A stretch of 63,980 nucleotides of DNA, the filler included, from Welwitschia mirabilis (lineage: Eukaryota), in assembly GCA_051453625.1 (NCBI GenBank). It is 8 parts of one record of this genome, joined end to end, with 100 filler letters (N's around TTAATTAATTAA, not from the genome) between each part and the next. Parts side by side here need not be neighbours in the genome. Positions count along the whole stretch, not along the records: positions 40,035 to 52,796 come from JBOZIK010000001.1; positions 52,897 to 54,455 come from JBOZIK010000001.1; 6 more parts are not named here. The stretch is one strand, 5' to 3'. Position 1 is the first letter of the stretch. Each line of letters opens with the position of its first letter. The position numbers were made by a program, and so were the translations under genes. The notes beneath the pieces were generated by a model. The model was not told the DNA's origin, ran no database searches, and was given only the letters and a program-made list of their open reading frames with translations. Shown piece after piece: positions 41,001-54,555 of this stretch.

Positions 41001-44000
41001 TTCACTACCACATCTCTATTTATAGTGCACACTATCACTTGCTAACTCTATGCCTCTGTTATTAACATAGCACTTTTTCTACTATTTTCATGGCATTTCT
41101 TACTGTTAGACCCTCTGCACATGTTGATAGAATGACATCCTTCTTATAACATCATTACTTCTTCCACCAAAATTACATGTAATAAGACTCAATTTAATTT
41201 GATAATGAATTACTCACCAAGGGATAGTTGACTAGCCATGACACCTCTAATTACAAGAGGGATGTAGATTAAAACTAGAGAGTATTATTTCTATAAGGAA
41301 AATTCTTCATTATTTTTTTTAATAGGGTGGTAGACATCTTGAGTAGCAAGGGGCTACTCCACAAACTCTCTTATTTTCACCTACTCTCCATGAGCTATAC
41401 TAAACGACATTCATTCTGGTGATTAAGAAGGCAGTTTAAAGGAGGGGAAAAAAATAAAGGAGAAAGGTTTATACAGTGCCCAAAGAAGGGAAGTATCTAT
41501 AATCATCTATGCACTCTTTACCATCTTCTTACTATTGTGCTCACCCTCTAGCAAGAACTACAATAACAAAGACAAGCCATTAAGATTGTTGTGCTACTTC
41601 TAGGGGTGAGATTTCACTGGAACTGTTGATCACTTATTAAATAATGGTAAAACCATCAACATAGTAAGAAGGGTACAACTAAACAAAAGAAGGAAGTTAT
41701 AGCAAGAGGAAATCCCAAGGACCATTATTCTTCAAGGGAAATAGCTGCGATAACATCACCATTACTTATGGAGTTCATCTTCTGCATTACTTTTAGTACC
41801 AGGTCGTTTCCAGTTCATCCTATTGTAATAATCTCCAATTTTGACACTCAACTAGAATCCTTAAAATACTGTATTTTATCATCATAGTTGTAGTTTACTA
41901 AAATCATTGTCACAATTAGTTCTACATTTGAATTATGAAGTAAATACATCAAGGTCCTCTTACATTTTTTTGTTAATACTATAAGGGTGTCCTTATTTTT
42001 AAATCTTTTTAAAATAGATGAGTTATCCATCCTGAAGGAATTAATTCCATATTAGTCCCTTTTAAACATGTATTTTTATTTAAAAAAAAGGAAACTATTC
42101 TTGTTGTAAAAAAATTGAGCTTTTTTTATTTAAAGAAATGATGGAAATACTAAAAACTTTTTTGAAACTACTTCTTTCATATTTCTTGTTTTGAATTACA
42201 TACTTTTCCTTTACTCCTAGCCAATTGGGACTATTCCCAGGTTTTATTATACCCTAAGGATAGAGCCAAAGGCAACCATCTACCCAAACAAGTAAATGAA
42301 CTTACTAGTAAGTGACTAAGTTAATTCATTCCCAAACCTGTTGATGCATGCCCTTGACCAAAATTAATGCATCAATAGTAGGTTTTGTAATATTAAGAAC
42401 TTTTAGGTCTTCACTTGTTACATTTATAGTTCATTGAAAATGGCTTCACTCTTTGTAGTTTGATAATCCTTCTCAAACGAAAATAGTATTTAAGTACCTC
42501 GTTTGGAAAGTTAATAGTAAATCTTTAGACCTAGATAACTAGTACTCTAGTTTTGATTATGATGTTGTTATGTATGCCATATTTCTTATTTTATTTAAGT
42601 TTTCATGTCTTCTATTTTAGATGAATTATATGCTTGATGTTGTAGAGTCAACACTAGGAAATAATAAGTATTTATAGAAAATGATAGTCATATATACCAA
42701 CGAAACTTATAGAGTCTATATAGATTTAGATATAAGTTGATCCATCCATAATTTAATAGAAATTTTCTATGTTTAAAGGTTTTAGAAAAAGATATTTCAT
42801 ATTTAACCTTGTAAGGAACTTGTTACTATTATATAAGATAGGGATACATCAAGTCATACTACCTAAAACTTTAAAAAAAAAGAAGATAGATTTATTGAGA
42901 TAGTATTAAACCTTGTTAATATTTAATAACTTTTATAAAATTATAATGGTACTTCTTAATCTATGATACAAATAATTAGAGAGCCTTCACTACCCAAATT
43001 AATAGTAAACAAAGTTCTAAAGATAAATAAAAAAATAAATTAGAGTGTAAAGGTGGCTAAGAGAAACATGCAAGTATTTTGGAATGTTATAGGAAACAAA
43101 GAAAAATAGATGAAAGAAGGATTATCATTGGGCCATAAGAGAAATAAAATAAAGGCTCTAGAAGCCAACCTTTGAGGCACTCTTAGTTTATTAAAAAAAA
43201 CTAATAACAAGATCTCATAAAAATGATGGATTTCGAGTCTAACTATCAATAAGACTTTTAAAAATGTAGTTAAGTCGAATAGGCCAACAAGAGTGGAAAA
43301 ATCTCAATAGAAAGAAGGAATTATACATGAAATGGTATTATCTAATTCTTTTAGGGTTTTAAAGTTTTTGAAAAATTAAAAGAAGGAATGGATGAGATAC
43401 ATAGATTATTTTCATCCTTTTAAATAAAGATCTTATGTTGAAATGTAAAAGATCTTATAGAACTTAATAATGTTCATATAATAAGGGATGCAGAGTATTT
43501 GTGAAGCTTATTTATAATTTCTTTATAAGAAGTGAAAGGTATAGGTTTCTACTTTTAAGTAACATTAAGAATAATTCAAATAAAGTTTGTTCATCTATGT
43601 ATTTTAAATGAAGAAGGAATAGGTTGTGCAACCTTGTGATTCATTTGAAGTCTTCTAAAGATCTTTCAAATTCAGGAAGTAATCAAAATTTAATATGATA
43701 TATGATTAAATTTGGGAATTCATGTTTATGTCTAGCCTTCATTTATGCACTAAATACTCAAAATCTAAGAGCTCTCTAATTGTTAGAGCTTCATTTTTTT
43801 TTTAATGGTTCACAATCTTGGAAGATGTACCTTAGTTATCAAGGTATAGGTAGTAGTTTTAAATAATAAACTAGTACATCCTATTACAGTACAATTGAAT
43901 TTAATGATTGTTCTCTTATGGATTGCAGAGGTATTTCAAAGATCGTAAGTTTGAGTAAATGTTTTAATTAGGGATTTGAGTGAAAAATGATTTGAAAAGG

Positions 44001-46733
44001 GATTTGTAAGTAGAGTACTAAATTAAATAGAGTTAATATATCCTTATGAGAATAAAAAACCACTATTTATGAGGTAATCTATCAATAAATCCCTAGCTAA
44101 GTAAAAGATATTATACTAAGTACAACTTGGATGTCTAAATAAGTAATAAATTATTTACTTTAGATTTCAAATGTAATGAAATCACAAGTGGTAGAATGTT
44201 ACTTCTTGTAATGAACTATAAGACATGTTATGATATCATAAAAGATATAATGAACTAACATATTAATCATTCAAACCCTAATAAAATAATGAAGGAACAT
44301 GTTTAAGAAAGAAATATGAAATAAAATTTGAAATAAACTATTGCATAACTAGTAATCATAACTGAATCAATCATGAAGGAATAAATTAAATCCAATAGTA
44401 GACCAAAATACATTTGCAACAATGCTAACACTGTAGAGAATACCAAATTATCATAGATCAAATATTAAGGCTTAGCAAGACAAATGCATTATGTATTAGT
44501 TATTTTCTTATACCTAAGGAGTGAGAAGATAGGCCTAGAACCTCATGATCAGATAAGGCCTTATTATAGCCATAGAAAATTTAGATCTATAATGGTAGTG
44601 TTTCAATGGATGGATGAAGAATCAAGCTCTAATAATGGTGGACTTCAAGCTGGATGATGGATTATCTCTAATGATGAACAATGTTATATGAAGGATCGTG
44701 GCCTTTTCTAATATAGCTTTTCTTAGAGTTGTAGGTATTCCTTATTATGTCTTTCTTATTAATAAATTGATATCAACAAATATCATTTGGATGGAGGACA
44801 TGAATATGTATTCCTTGGTCTTTATAAATTCATATAACACTAGGATATAAGGTTAATCTATCAAATTATCTTCTGTTTAGCCTTTCATTCTTTACAGACC
44901 ACTTGATTATTTATAACCCTAGTGGCATTGGGATATCTAATAGCAATTCCATTACCTTTTTATTACATTAGATCTAATGAATTTAGGGTAAGTTAGGATG
45001 ACTTGTAAATAAAATACAAAAAGAAAATTCTTAATGATAATAATATTTTTGAAAATTAAAAGATAAAACATGTTTACTTATAATTTAGATACAAATATAA
45101 TATATACAGCCTTAAAAATATGTTAAGTTACTAAGATTTAGGAGTTAAATGTCTAAAATTTTAAGTATAAACATATCCCTCAACTTGTCATTTACTACCC
45201 TTTAGCAAATATCAGAAAACATAGAGTTATAAATGCTATTTAAGAATTTAAAAATTTTTCTCCTATAATATTCATAATTGAAATTACGTAAACTAATGAG
45301 TTTAAAAACCTTGATTAGTATTTATATATATTTCATATATTTAAAAATTCAATTTAAATAATGAAACTACAAAATTAAAGAAAAATGTCCATTACATTTT
45401 AGAGTAAATAGAATGTATGACTTTGTACATAAGTCAATCGATTTTTCATTACATTGTTATCTCTGTTTAAATTAAGTTAGAAAGTTAGAAAATTGCATAA
45501 AACATCATATTATTTTTTAAAAAAAAGCATATATCATTCCTTACTATGAGAGGAAATACATATACAAAGTAAAAATAAGAATATACATAGAAAGGAAAGA
45601 GAAGAGAAGAAAATGCATATCAAACAAAATAGAACCTATGCATAACATATTTATGACTATCACTTATCATTCTTGAATTCTTCCTCATATACAAGGTAGT
45701 GTACTATTGCCAAAACTTCCTAAACACTTCCTTGGTAATGAAATCTCCAAGCCTTTTAGAAATCTTAGCTTTCTTGTGAATAGCATTTAAAGACGAAAAT
45801 AGGATGACACTAGTAATTTTAACAATGGTGTAAGTCACATTAGGTGGATAGGGCTTAGCAAGGTCTAGTGTGATTTGAAATTTCTTTTTTACCTAATGTT
45901 TTAGCTTATTTAATTTTATAAATAGCCAATTAATCATATAATTATAAAACTAGACATAGTAATTAATGATATTTCATATGTAGTTTCATGTATCCAATTT
46001 AAATCATTGAAATACATCACTCATGATGCCATTAACTAGTATGACTTCTAAATTATTTATGAGAAAAGAGGTTTTGGTCTATTAAAATATAAAATAAATA
46101 AAATGTGATGGTGAATTAATTAGCTTAATAAACTTAGACAACTTTGCACTCTACAAATTTCTTTTAACTAATAGTTTGAACATTATTATGATAAGATTTA
46201 ATCTAGCTCTTGATATATATGCACTAAAATTTCATCCCATTATTTAATTGTTTTTCATTTTAGGATCATTACTAACATGAAAGAAATATTTCTTCAAAGG
46301 AAAAATATTCTTTCAAACTCACATCTAATCATCTTATGCATATATCAGATTCAAACATTTACACTTCCTCATTAAGAAATTGGTCATTTGTGTAGATTAT
46401 GAATATATCTCATATATAAGATATAAGCACATATAGATAGAACATGAAGGGGGAAAACTATAGATTTTTCATGTATGACTCAAGATCTACGCATGTGGAT
46501 GTCAAAATTTACATCTATATGTATTATATAGTCATCCCTATTGCTAAATGACTGCTGCACATTTTTTAATTTTTTAAAACAACTATAGCTAGTTTTAGTG
46601 AGTGATTTTTAGAAGAGATGTCAACATTTATCATTTCTATATTAACATCATGATAGAATGGATACCTTCAATGCATACAATGTACAACTTCCTCATAATA
46701 ATCATGTATACCATGAAGGTATCTTATGCATAT

Positions 46734-49700
46734 TGTTAATGAGTTACCATAATTAATTCAATAATTATTAACTTTATTAATGAAACATAAAATGACATGT
46801 TTCATTTCACATCCAAAAGATGCAATTCATTCTTCCGAGTAAAACATGATATAAGACAAAGTTTACTCATTTTAAAAAATCATTAAAGAAGAAGAAACAC
46901 ATTTAAAATTAGATGAAATATGATGAAATACTTGAAGCTACATAGGTTTAAGTTCAAAACTTAGGTAATTTTTTTGCCTATAAACCACCTATCTAAATAG
47001 TTTTATTTGTCATAATATTTTTCTTTAATTATATATATATATATTAAAGGTTTATTTTTTTAATTCTTATTTCTACCATTCATAAAATAATTTAAACTTT
47101 TACAAGTAACTCTAACATCAAATTAGAGTACTTTCCCTTGAAATTCCAACATGGAATCATAACATTCTTGTACTTTATTTTGTTCTCACATAAACTTCTA
47201 ACATGGTATTAGAGCTAATGGTTCTAACTTAAAATAAAAATAATAGTAGAAGAAAAGTTTGTTAACATAACTTCAAAAAGTTGCACTAGGTAATTGTGAT
47301 TATTAGTGAAGTGAAATAAATTCATTTATTTTATTAACTCATTATGATAACGAACTTTGAGTTATCATAGAAATTATGATTTAAATTTACATCATAATGA
47401 TTCATGTAAATTAAAAAAGTATAAGAAGGAAGGAAGAATAAGTTATTTTTATCTCATGTCAAGGCATCAAGTTATAAAAGATGAAGCAATTAACTCTAGA
47501 AAACGTTTGTTTTTATAGTGTTTAATAATTTATCTTTCAAAAAAAAATACAAAATGGATACATTAAATATCAGTGCCTTATAATCCTAGTTGATAAAAAT
47601 ATAGGAACAACTGATGAAAATAAATAAAATCAAGAAGGATTTATCCTCCTACAAAACATTAAAATATCATAAAGCATGTAAGAATAAGAGTAAACTTCAT
47701 TTTTATAGCCAAATCATTGTGATTCTATATTTTAAGTGATGAAATACTCAAACTAAAATTGATAGGATATCAAGAGTAGACATGTTAGAAATGTTCTATA
47801 AACATCTAATGAAACATCTAGTAACAAATATATAAAATTGGAAATTTGATGAGATAGCTAATGTAATTTTTTAGGTTTAGTAAAGACAAAGTTTGTTAGC
47901 CACTGAAGTGTTATGTACAAAAGCTCAAATAAAATGAGAAGTTACATTTCCTTATGAAAAAGCATAAACACCCATTTTTATCCTTCTTAATTTTTAAAAC
48001 ACAATTAAATGAAATAGTATTAATGTTATCCAAATTGTCTTTTCTTTACTAAATACCATAGATGTATACTTGATATATAAATATTTCAAAAATCAATGTA
48101 ACACACTTTATTAGATTTGGCAATAGATAACTTATCAAATCAAATGAAGATAAATTAATGAAATTTTAAAAATTTTCTTGAAAATCCATGATAAAATTCA
48201 CAAAATAAGTTCACAAAAGGGCCAAAGGTACCACTTACTTTTATCTTTTACTAGCTACAAAAGTAAGTCATTCTTTGCAACATTAAAGTACAGATGCTCT
48301 CACGTTCCTTTAAGTATCTAGTAATTCCATTATTATACCCTCTAAGTTTTTACTATATTAATAACATCTTATTTGTTTTAGCTATTTATATACCTCATTC
48401 TTTATCATTAAATATGCCATTCCATTAATAAAACTAGAGGAAGCTCTAGTAGTGATAATCTAAAATCAATGTTGAATATTCTAAGCCTATTAAAAAGTTT
48501 ATTATAATATTGATGTTACTTTTCTGAAACAAGTTGAAAGTAATATTCCTATAGAAATGTCACTTAAAGGGATATTGAATATTATTAAAGTGGTCATTAA
48601 AGCATGAAGACAAATAATTCTAATGAAAATGAGGGCATTACTACACATGAACAATGCATTTTGGAAACAAGTAAAAAAACATTAATATGCTAGTTGTGAT
48701 GTATTACAAAGATGTTAATATTATGAGAACAACAAGTAATCATTTGATAGAATTATGTGAATTTTAAGTACATAATTATTCTCTATAATACTATGACATA
48801 CTAAGGGCATTTCATAATAATCACTCATCATTATATTAACTATAATTTAAAAAAAAATGCTTGGATTCCTCAGATTGAAGGAAAGAAAAATCGAATTTCA
48901 TAAGAAAGAGACAAAATGGGAAGAAAAAATTCCTTGATGAAAAATTAAACGCTTTTGATGAAATTAATGCTTCACTTAAGAAATTTCATTGATATCAAGT
49001 CCCTAGACAAGTCATGCCTTTAGAGCTAGACTAACCTCTGGAACTTAAAGAATCTACTAGATACTAAGCTAGACCTCAAAGCAAAGATTGAATAATGCTT
49101 CAACTCCCTCATGTAAAATTTTATTTTATTAACTAAAACACAAATTTTCCCTATATCTTTTTCTTATACATATCATGTGTTATTGAAGAAATGAAATAAG
49201 AAGTTATACCAAGTATTTATTCTTGTATTATTTTATAACTTATATGGATGAAACAAGTCCTAACGTAAAACAAATACTTAATATAAAAAAAACAAAGGGG
49301 AAAAGGTCATTTTCCAAAGAAGGAATAATTTTAATGGAATTTTTTTTTTTGTAAGTTTAAAGAAAAATCAATTTAAAGCCAAAAGGACTAATCACTAGAA
49401 CTAATACCTTAACAAAACAAGGTACTTAAAAATTAGAAGTGATGAAACTCCTTAAAATGTTATTATTATACTAGTTTTTTAAAGATAAAAAATACAACAC
49501 AAAATAGGTTTTTAAAGATGATGAATATAGTAAAGAGAAACAAGTTAAACACATGAAGAAATCACAAATCCAAATGAATCCAAAATCTGAAACAAGTCTA
49601 AGTATGAAACCAAGTTAAAATTGAAGAGGAGTATGAGCAAGTTAACATAATTAATTCAACAATTGTTAACTTCATTAATAAAACATGAAATGATATGTGT

Positions 49701-50126
49701 TAAGGTACATCTAAAAGACACAACCCTTCCTTCATAAGAAAACATTATATAAGATAAAAATAACATATTTCAAAAATCATGAAAGAAAAGAATTACGTTA
49801 AATGAAGTATGATGAAACATTGGAATTCACACAAGCCTAAGTCTAAGGCCTAACTAGGTGATTCATCTAGAAATCATTGTCAGAATATTATAATTTTTTA
49901 TAATGTCTTGTTCTTAATCATTAATTATTTAATTAATTGTAATAAACATTTAGAATATATTAAAAATTGGTTCCTCTACTTCTTATCTTTTCCATCTATA
50001 AAACAACTTAAACTTCTACACTTAACTCTAACATTGAATTAGGGCACTTCTATTTCAAATTCTAGCATGAAATTAGGGAATTAATGTATCTTTTTATAAT
50101 AAAAATGTGTACATTTAAGTACTATA
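46734..50126 (+). mobile_element. Family X copy 2: complete 3.4-kb non-autonomous LTR element
   Basis: 5' LTR 46734-47203 (TGTT...AACA), PBS TGGTATTAGAGC 47204-47215, PPT TTGAAGAGGAG 49621-49631, and 3' LTR 49632-50126 (termini decayed to TA). CATAT at 46729-46733 and 50127-50131 is the candidate TSD. The internal region is homologous to copy 1. Confidence 0.8.
47204..47215 (+). promoter_or_regulatory. tRNA-Met primer binding site
   Basis: TGGTATTAGAGC, one transition from TGGTATCAGAGC, immediately after the LTR CA. Confidence 0.85.
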
Positions 50127-51417
50127 CATATAAATTTATATCTTTTCCATAGTAGAAGTGTGTATCATACAATTCTTTTTTAGATATATCTCTCATATGA
50201 ATACATCATTTTTTTCTTTTATTCATTTTTTTCATATCTCATACAAAGGTCTTTAGCCATGTCTTTAGAGTGCAAAATTGTATACTTATTGGGATTTTTT
50301 TATATTTATTTGAGACCATATTTATATCCAATTCCATATGAAAAATGTGGTATGATATTCATAATAAAAACTGAGATACTTACTTAAGAGTTTTTTCATG
50401 TAATTAATCCCCAAGTAGATAACTGTCAGGAGATACCTAAAAGATTGAAGTCTTACATGGTGAAATAAATGATCCATATACTTTTCATAACTTTATGTTT
50501 TATCCCAATACATTCTAAAACTTAAAATTGTTAAGTGAAGTAAATCTTATCTTTATTTATTTACTTATTACCTATGATTTTAGGTTAAGGGATAGGGTCA
50601 ACGTCATGACTCACAGAAATAGATTTATAAAAATATATAGGTCTATAGCCATTGACTTTGAAAGAATAGTTCTTCTTAAGGCTCAAAATCTTAGTAACAC
50701 CATGAGGAATTACTTTTAAAACTTAACAAGGTATGATCCACTTAGATATAAGTTTTTCAAGAAATTTATAAAATTTTAAACCATGTAGTAAAACCAAGTC
50801 ATTTAGCTTAAAAGATTTCATAAGAATATACTTGTCATGATAGGCTTTGTTCTCTGTTTTTGAATGTTTGAATTTTTAGGGGTTACATTTCTAATTTTGT
50901 CAAATTATACAAGTTAAGTTTCATAAATTTTAATCCTTTATTTAGGTTTTAATTAAGTATTTTAAATCTAGAAAACCTTTTATGTTCAGTTTTAAAAGGG
51001 AAGGTACCAAGCATTTCCAAATATAATTTAGTAGGGTGAAATTATAATAGATGTTTTATAATAGTATGGTAGGCCTAGAGAGCATTATTGAGACTGAGGG
51101 ACTAATATTTTCTATTTTCCTTCACTATTTTTAATAGAACCCTTTAAACTCTTAGTTGCTAACCTCTACTTAACCATTGATTTATGGATGATAAGGTTTT
51201 ACAACTTTAGGGTATATTTCACATTTTTTCATTATGTCATTTAATATCCTATTGCAAAAATAAGCTTTATTATTATCAATGGCAACTTTAGGATGACCAA
51301 AATAGGATAGAACATGTTCCTTTAAGAATCTCATAACAATTTCCCTATCATTTATTCTAGTTGGGATCACTTCACATCACTTACTAAAGTAATATACATA
51401 AATCAATATTTTTTTTT

Positions 51418-51429
51418 TGTTTGTTTGTG

Positions 51430-51483
<54 letters not shown>

Positions 51484-51583
51484 NNNNNNNNNNNNNNNNN
51501 NNNNNNNNNNNNNNNNNNNNNNNNNNNNNNNNNNNNNNNNNNNNNNNNNNNNNNNNNNNNNNNNNNNNNNNNNNNNNNNNNNN

Positions 51584-51657
<74 letters not shown>

Positions 51658-51767
51658 ACATATAAACACAAACATATACATACATAAATACATACACATA
51701 CACATACACATACATACATTATACACATACACATGTACACACACACACACCCACACATGTATATACA
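51418..51767. repeat. Compound microsatellite (GT)n-gap-(GT)n followed by (CA/TACA)n
   Basis: Directly visible; lies within the Athila integrase relic. Confidence 0.95.
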
Positions 51768-53112
51768 TGGAAAATATCCCAATAAAGCTTAGTACCCTAG
51801 GCATAAAATGGCTTAATTTTAATAATAGATACAAGGGATATCACATTTCTCTTTTTAATGCCACTTAGTATTAATGATAAATACAAGATCTACAATATTC
51901 ATAGTCATATTTAAAGACTTAATTAATAAAATCAAAATTTAAGGATTTTATGAGAGTCTTTTTATAGGGGAAAAAAGAAAGACATGATCTCTTTCCATTC
52001 CACCCTGTGTGAATTTTAAGACATATAAAATTTTGGATTCTGAAATATACCTATGAATGATTTGGTAAAAGTAGTATTTAAAAAGGTAAGAATCATCTCA
52101 AAAGCACTTATTTTCTTCATGCAAGAATCACATTTTATCTTGATTATCACGGTGGTCAACTAGTTTACAAATGAAAAGATAATTAGTTATGTTGGCATAC
52201 TGAGGTTTTTGTTGTAAAGCTAGAAGATATTCATTAAGAAATAAATTATTTATGATGATTTCACCTAAAAGAAGTAGTAAGTAAGGCCAAATATGAATTA
52301 GTAATCAACAATAATATTTTCTACTCCTTTCTTATTTTTGATTTTAAGATTGAATTATATTAAAGGAAGTATTCATTTCATTATTTTAGTTATCTAAGAG
52401 GTTACTAAAATAAAAATGATTAGTGAAAACAATTGTTTTTGCATCTAGAAGATAAGATCTAAATTTTTCCAACGAAAAAAATACTTCTACAGTATCTTTT
52501 TCAGTTGTCATGTATGTTAGTTGAGGATCTTATAATGTTTTTATTACATAGTTAATAATTTATGATTTTTCATCCTTTCCTTAGCCTAAGGCTTTTCTTG
52601 TAGCCTAATGTCATATCCCATATTTTATAAACCTTATTTACTTAGATATTAAGTATATTAAGCTTCTAATTAAATGATTACATATCCTTACTTAATGATC
52701 TTATCAAAACAAGTTTGCATTTTAAATTAACCTTAGTTTGTAATATTTATAATTTACCATGGAAATGATAAAAATTATGTTAAAAGGTTTTTATAANNNN
52801 NNNNNNNNNNNNNNNNNNNNNNNNNNNNNNNNNNNNNNNNTTAATTAATTAANNNNNNNNNNNNNNNNNNNNNNNNNNNNNNNNNNNNNNNNNNNNACTT
52901 AAATAAAAGTCCTGCAAAACCACTCATAAAACTAGGTAGAAAAACCATAATTGCAAGCCAATTTATTTTTTAAAGATAAAACTAGAAATCATAAAATAGG
53001 CTCATAAAGACATATCATATGGATAGATAACAAGTAATGCATAATGTATATGTAGTTTTGAAAACTTTATGTTATGAAAGCTTAAAAATATTTAAAAATA
53101 AGCCATGTACAT

Positions 53113-53151
<39 letters not shown>
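53113..53151. repeat. Poly-G run abutting a gap
   Basis: About 39 consecutive G before the N run. Confidence 0.9.
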
Positions 53152-54555
53152 NNNNNNNNNNNNNNNNNNNNNNNNNNNNNNNNNNNNNNNNNNNNNNNNN
53201 NNNNNNNNNNNNNNNNNNNNNNNNNNNNNNNNNNNNNNNNNNNNNNNNNNNCCCCCCTCTTCCCCTGCCTTTTCTTCCGCTTTCCCCCTCCCTTTCCTAA
53301 AAAGAAAAGGTAATACATCATGTATTGACAAATAAAGTAAAGAAGGTAAACGAGAGTGGTAAGGTAGGAAATGGAAATGAGGATAACTTTCAAAACAAAG
53401 TGCAAAGTTGAGTAATTGAAATATTCTTAACAAGTAAAGAAAAGAGTGGACACAAAGTGTTTTGCCATGAAAAGAATATGAGCAGTGCTTTACAACACCA
53501 AAAAGCTAAAAAGTAACACGAATCTAAATAAGAAATTATCTTTTATTGAAAACTAATATAAAGAAAACATGCTAAGAAAATACATTAACGCCTTTAAAAT
53601 AACTAATGAAACCTTANNNNNNNNNNNNNNNNNNNNNNNNNNNNNNNNNNNNNNNNNNNNNNNNNNNNNNNNNNNNNNNNNNNNNNNNNNNNNNNNNNNN
53701 NNNNNNNNNNNNNNNNCTTATAAAAAAAAAAGAAGAATGGTCATAAGATAAAAAGATAGCTTACCACTCTAACATTTTAACCTAGCAATTTCCAACGAAA
53801 ATAATCATAACATCACTTGATGTGAAAAATGTATGAATTAGTGTACAAAAATTCCATTCAATAAGGCAGTGATTATAAAGATGCTAGAGTAAAAATGCTT
53901 TAAATAATAAATAATCAAATCAAAGAATTGCTTGAAAGTAAACTCTCCTACTATCATCTAAAGATAAACATCTAAATGTTAAGAAATGAAATGATCATAT
54001 GGAAAAACTAAGAGTCTAAGAAACAAGCAATGCCTCTGATGATACTAGGAATANNNNNNNNNNNNNNNNNNNNNNNNNNNNNNNNNNNNNNNNNNNNNNN
54101 NNNNNNNNNNNNNNNNNNNNNNNNNNNNNNNNNNNNNNNNNNNNNNNNNNNNNTTCGATAAGGCAGTGATTATAAAGATGCTAGAGTAAAAATGCTTTAA
54201 ATAATAAATAATCAAATCAAAGAATTTCTTGAAAGTAAACTCTCTTACTATCATCTAAAGATAAACATCCAAATATTAAGAAATGAAATGATCATATGGA
54301 AAAACTAAGAGTCTAAGAAACAAGCAATGCCTCTGATGATACTAGGAATACTACTGATCCTATAGCCTCAAAGTGTAAATATAACTTTATTACCCTCGAT
54401 GAGGGAAGTGCAACCATTATCATAGAAGTAAGAACCCATGAGGCATGGCTAACTANNNNNNNNNNNNNNNNNNNNNNNNNNNNNNNNNNNNNNNNNNNNT
54501 TAATTAATTAANNNNNNNNNNNNNNNNNNNNNNNNNNNNNNNNNNNNNNNNNNNN

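Larger units (their letters stand above)
43880..52795 (-). mobile_element. Decayed Athila-lineage Ty3/gypsy element (RNase H-integrase, long 3' region, 3' LTR) hosting family X copy 2
   Basis: Minus strand YMTTEK...EKFRSYL (~52500), P(W)YANITN (~52200), and integrase core IPTRINDREIVMRFLKEHVLSYFGHP...FCN...PYHP (51182-51370). Athila-like PPT junction ACATATCCCTCAACTT at ~45172. The left LTR boundary is approximate. Confidence 0.7.

Noticed and set aside
41800-43880. Faint LINE-like motifs (RNKIKALE, KGFRK)
   Set aside because: Too decayed and out of order to assign boundaries or a confident call.
51377-51834. HT/CV-repeat 'proteins'
   Set aside because: Translations of the (GT)n/(CA)n microsatellite.
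53113-53300. Poly-G then C-rich tract suggesting a hairpin or G-quadruplex element
   Set aside because: Split by a gap and homopolymer length is unreliable; no structure can be supported.
53852-54350. ~200-bp direct repeat across a gap (similarly 32094-32310 and 60280-60786)
   Set aside because: Near-identical sequence on both sides of an N gap is typical of unmerged contig overlaps or haplotypes.
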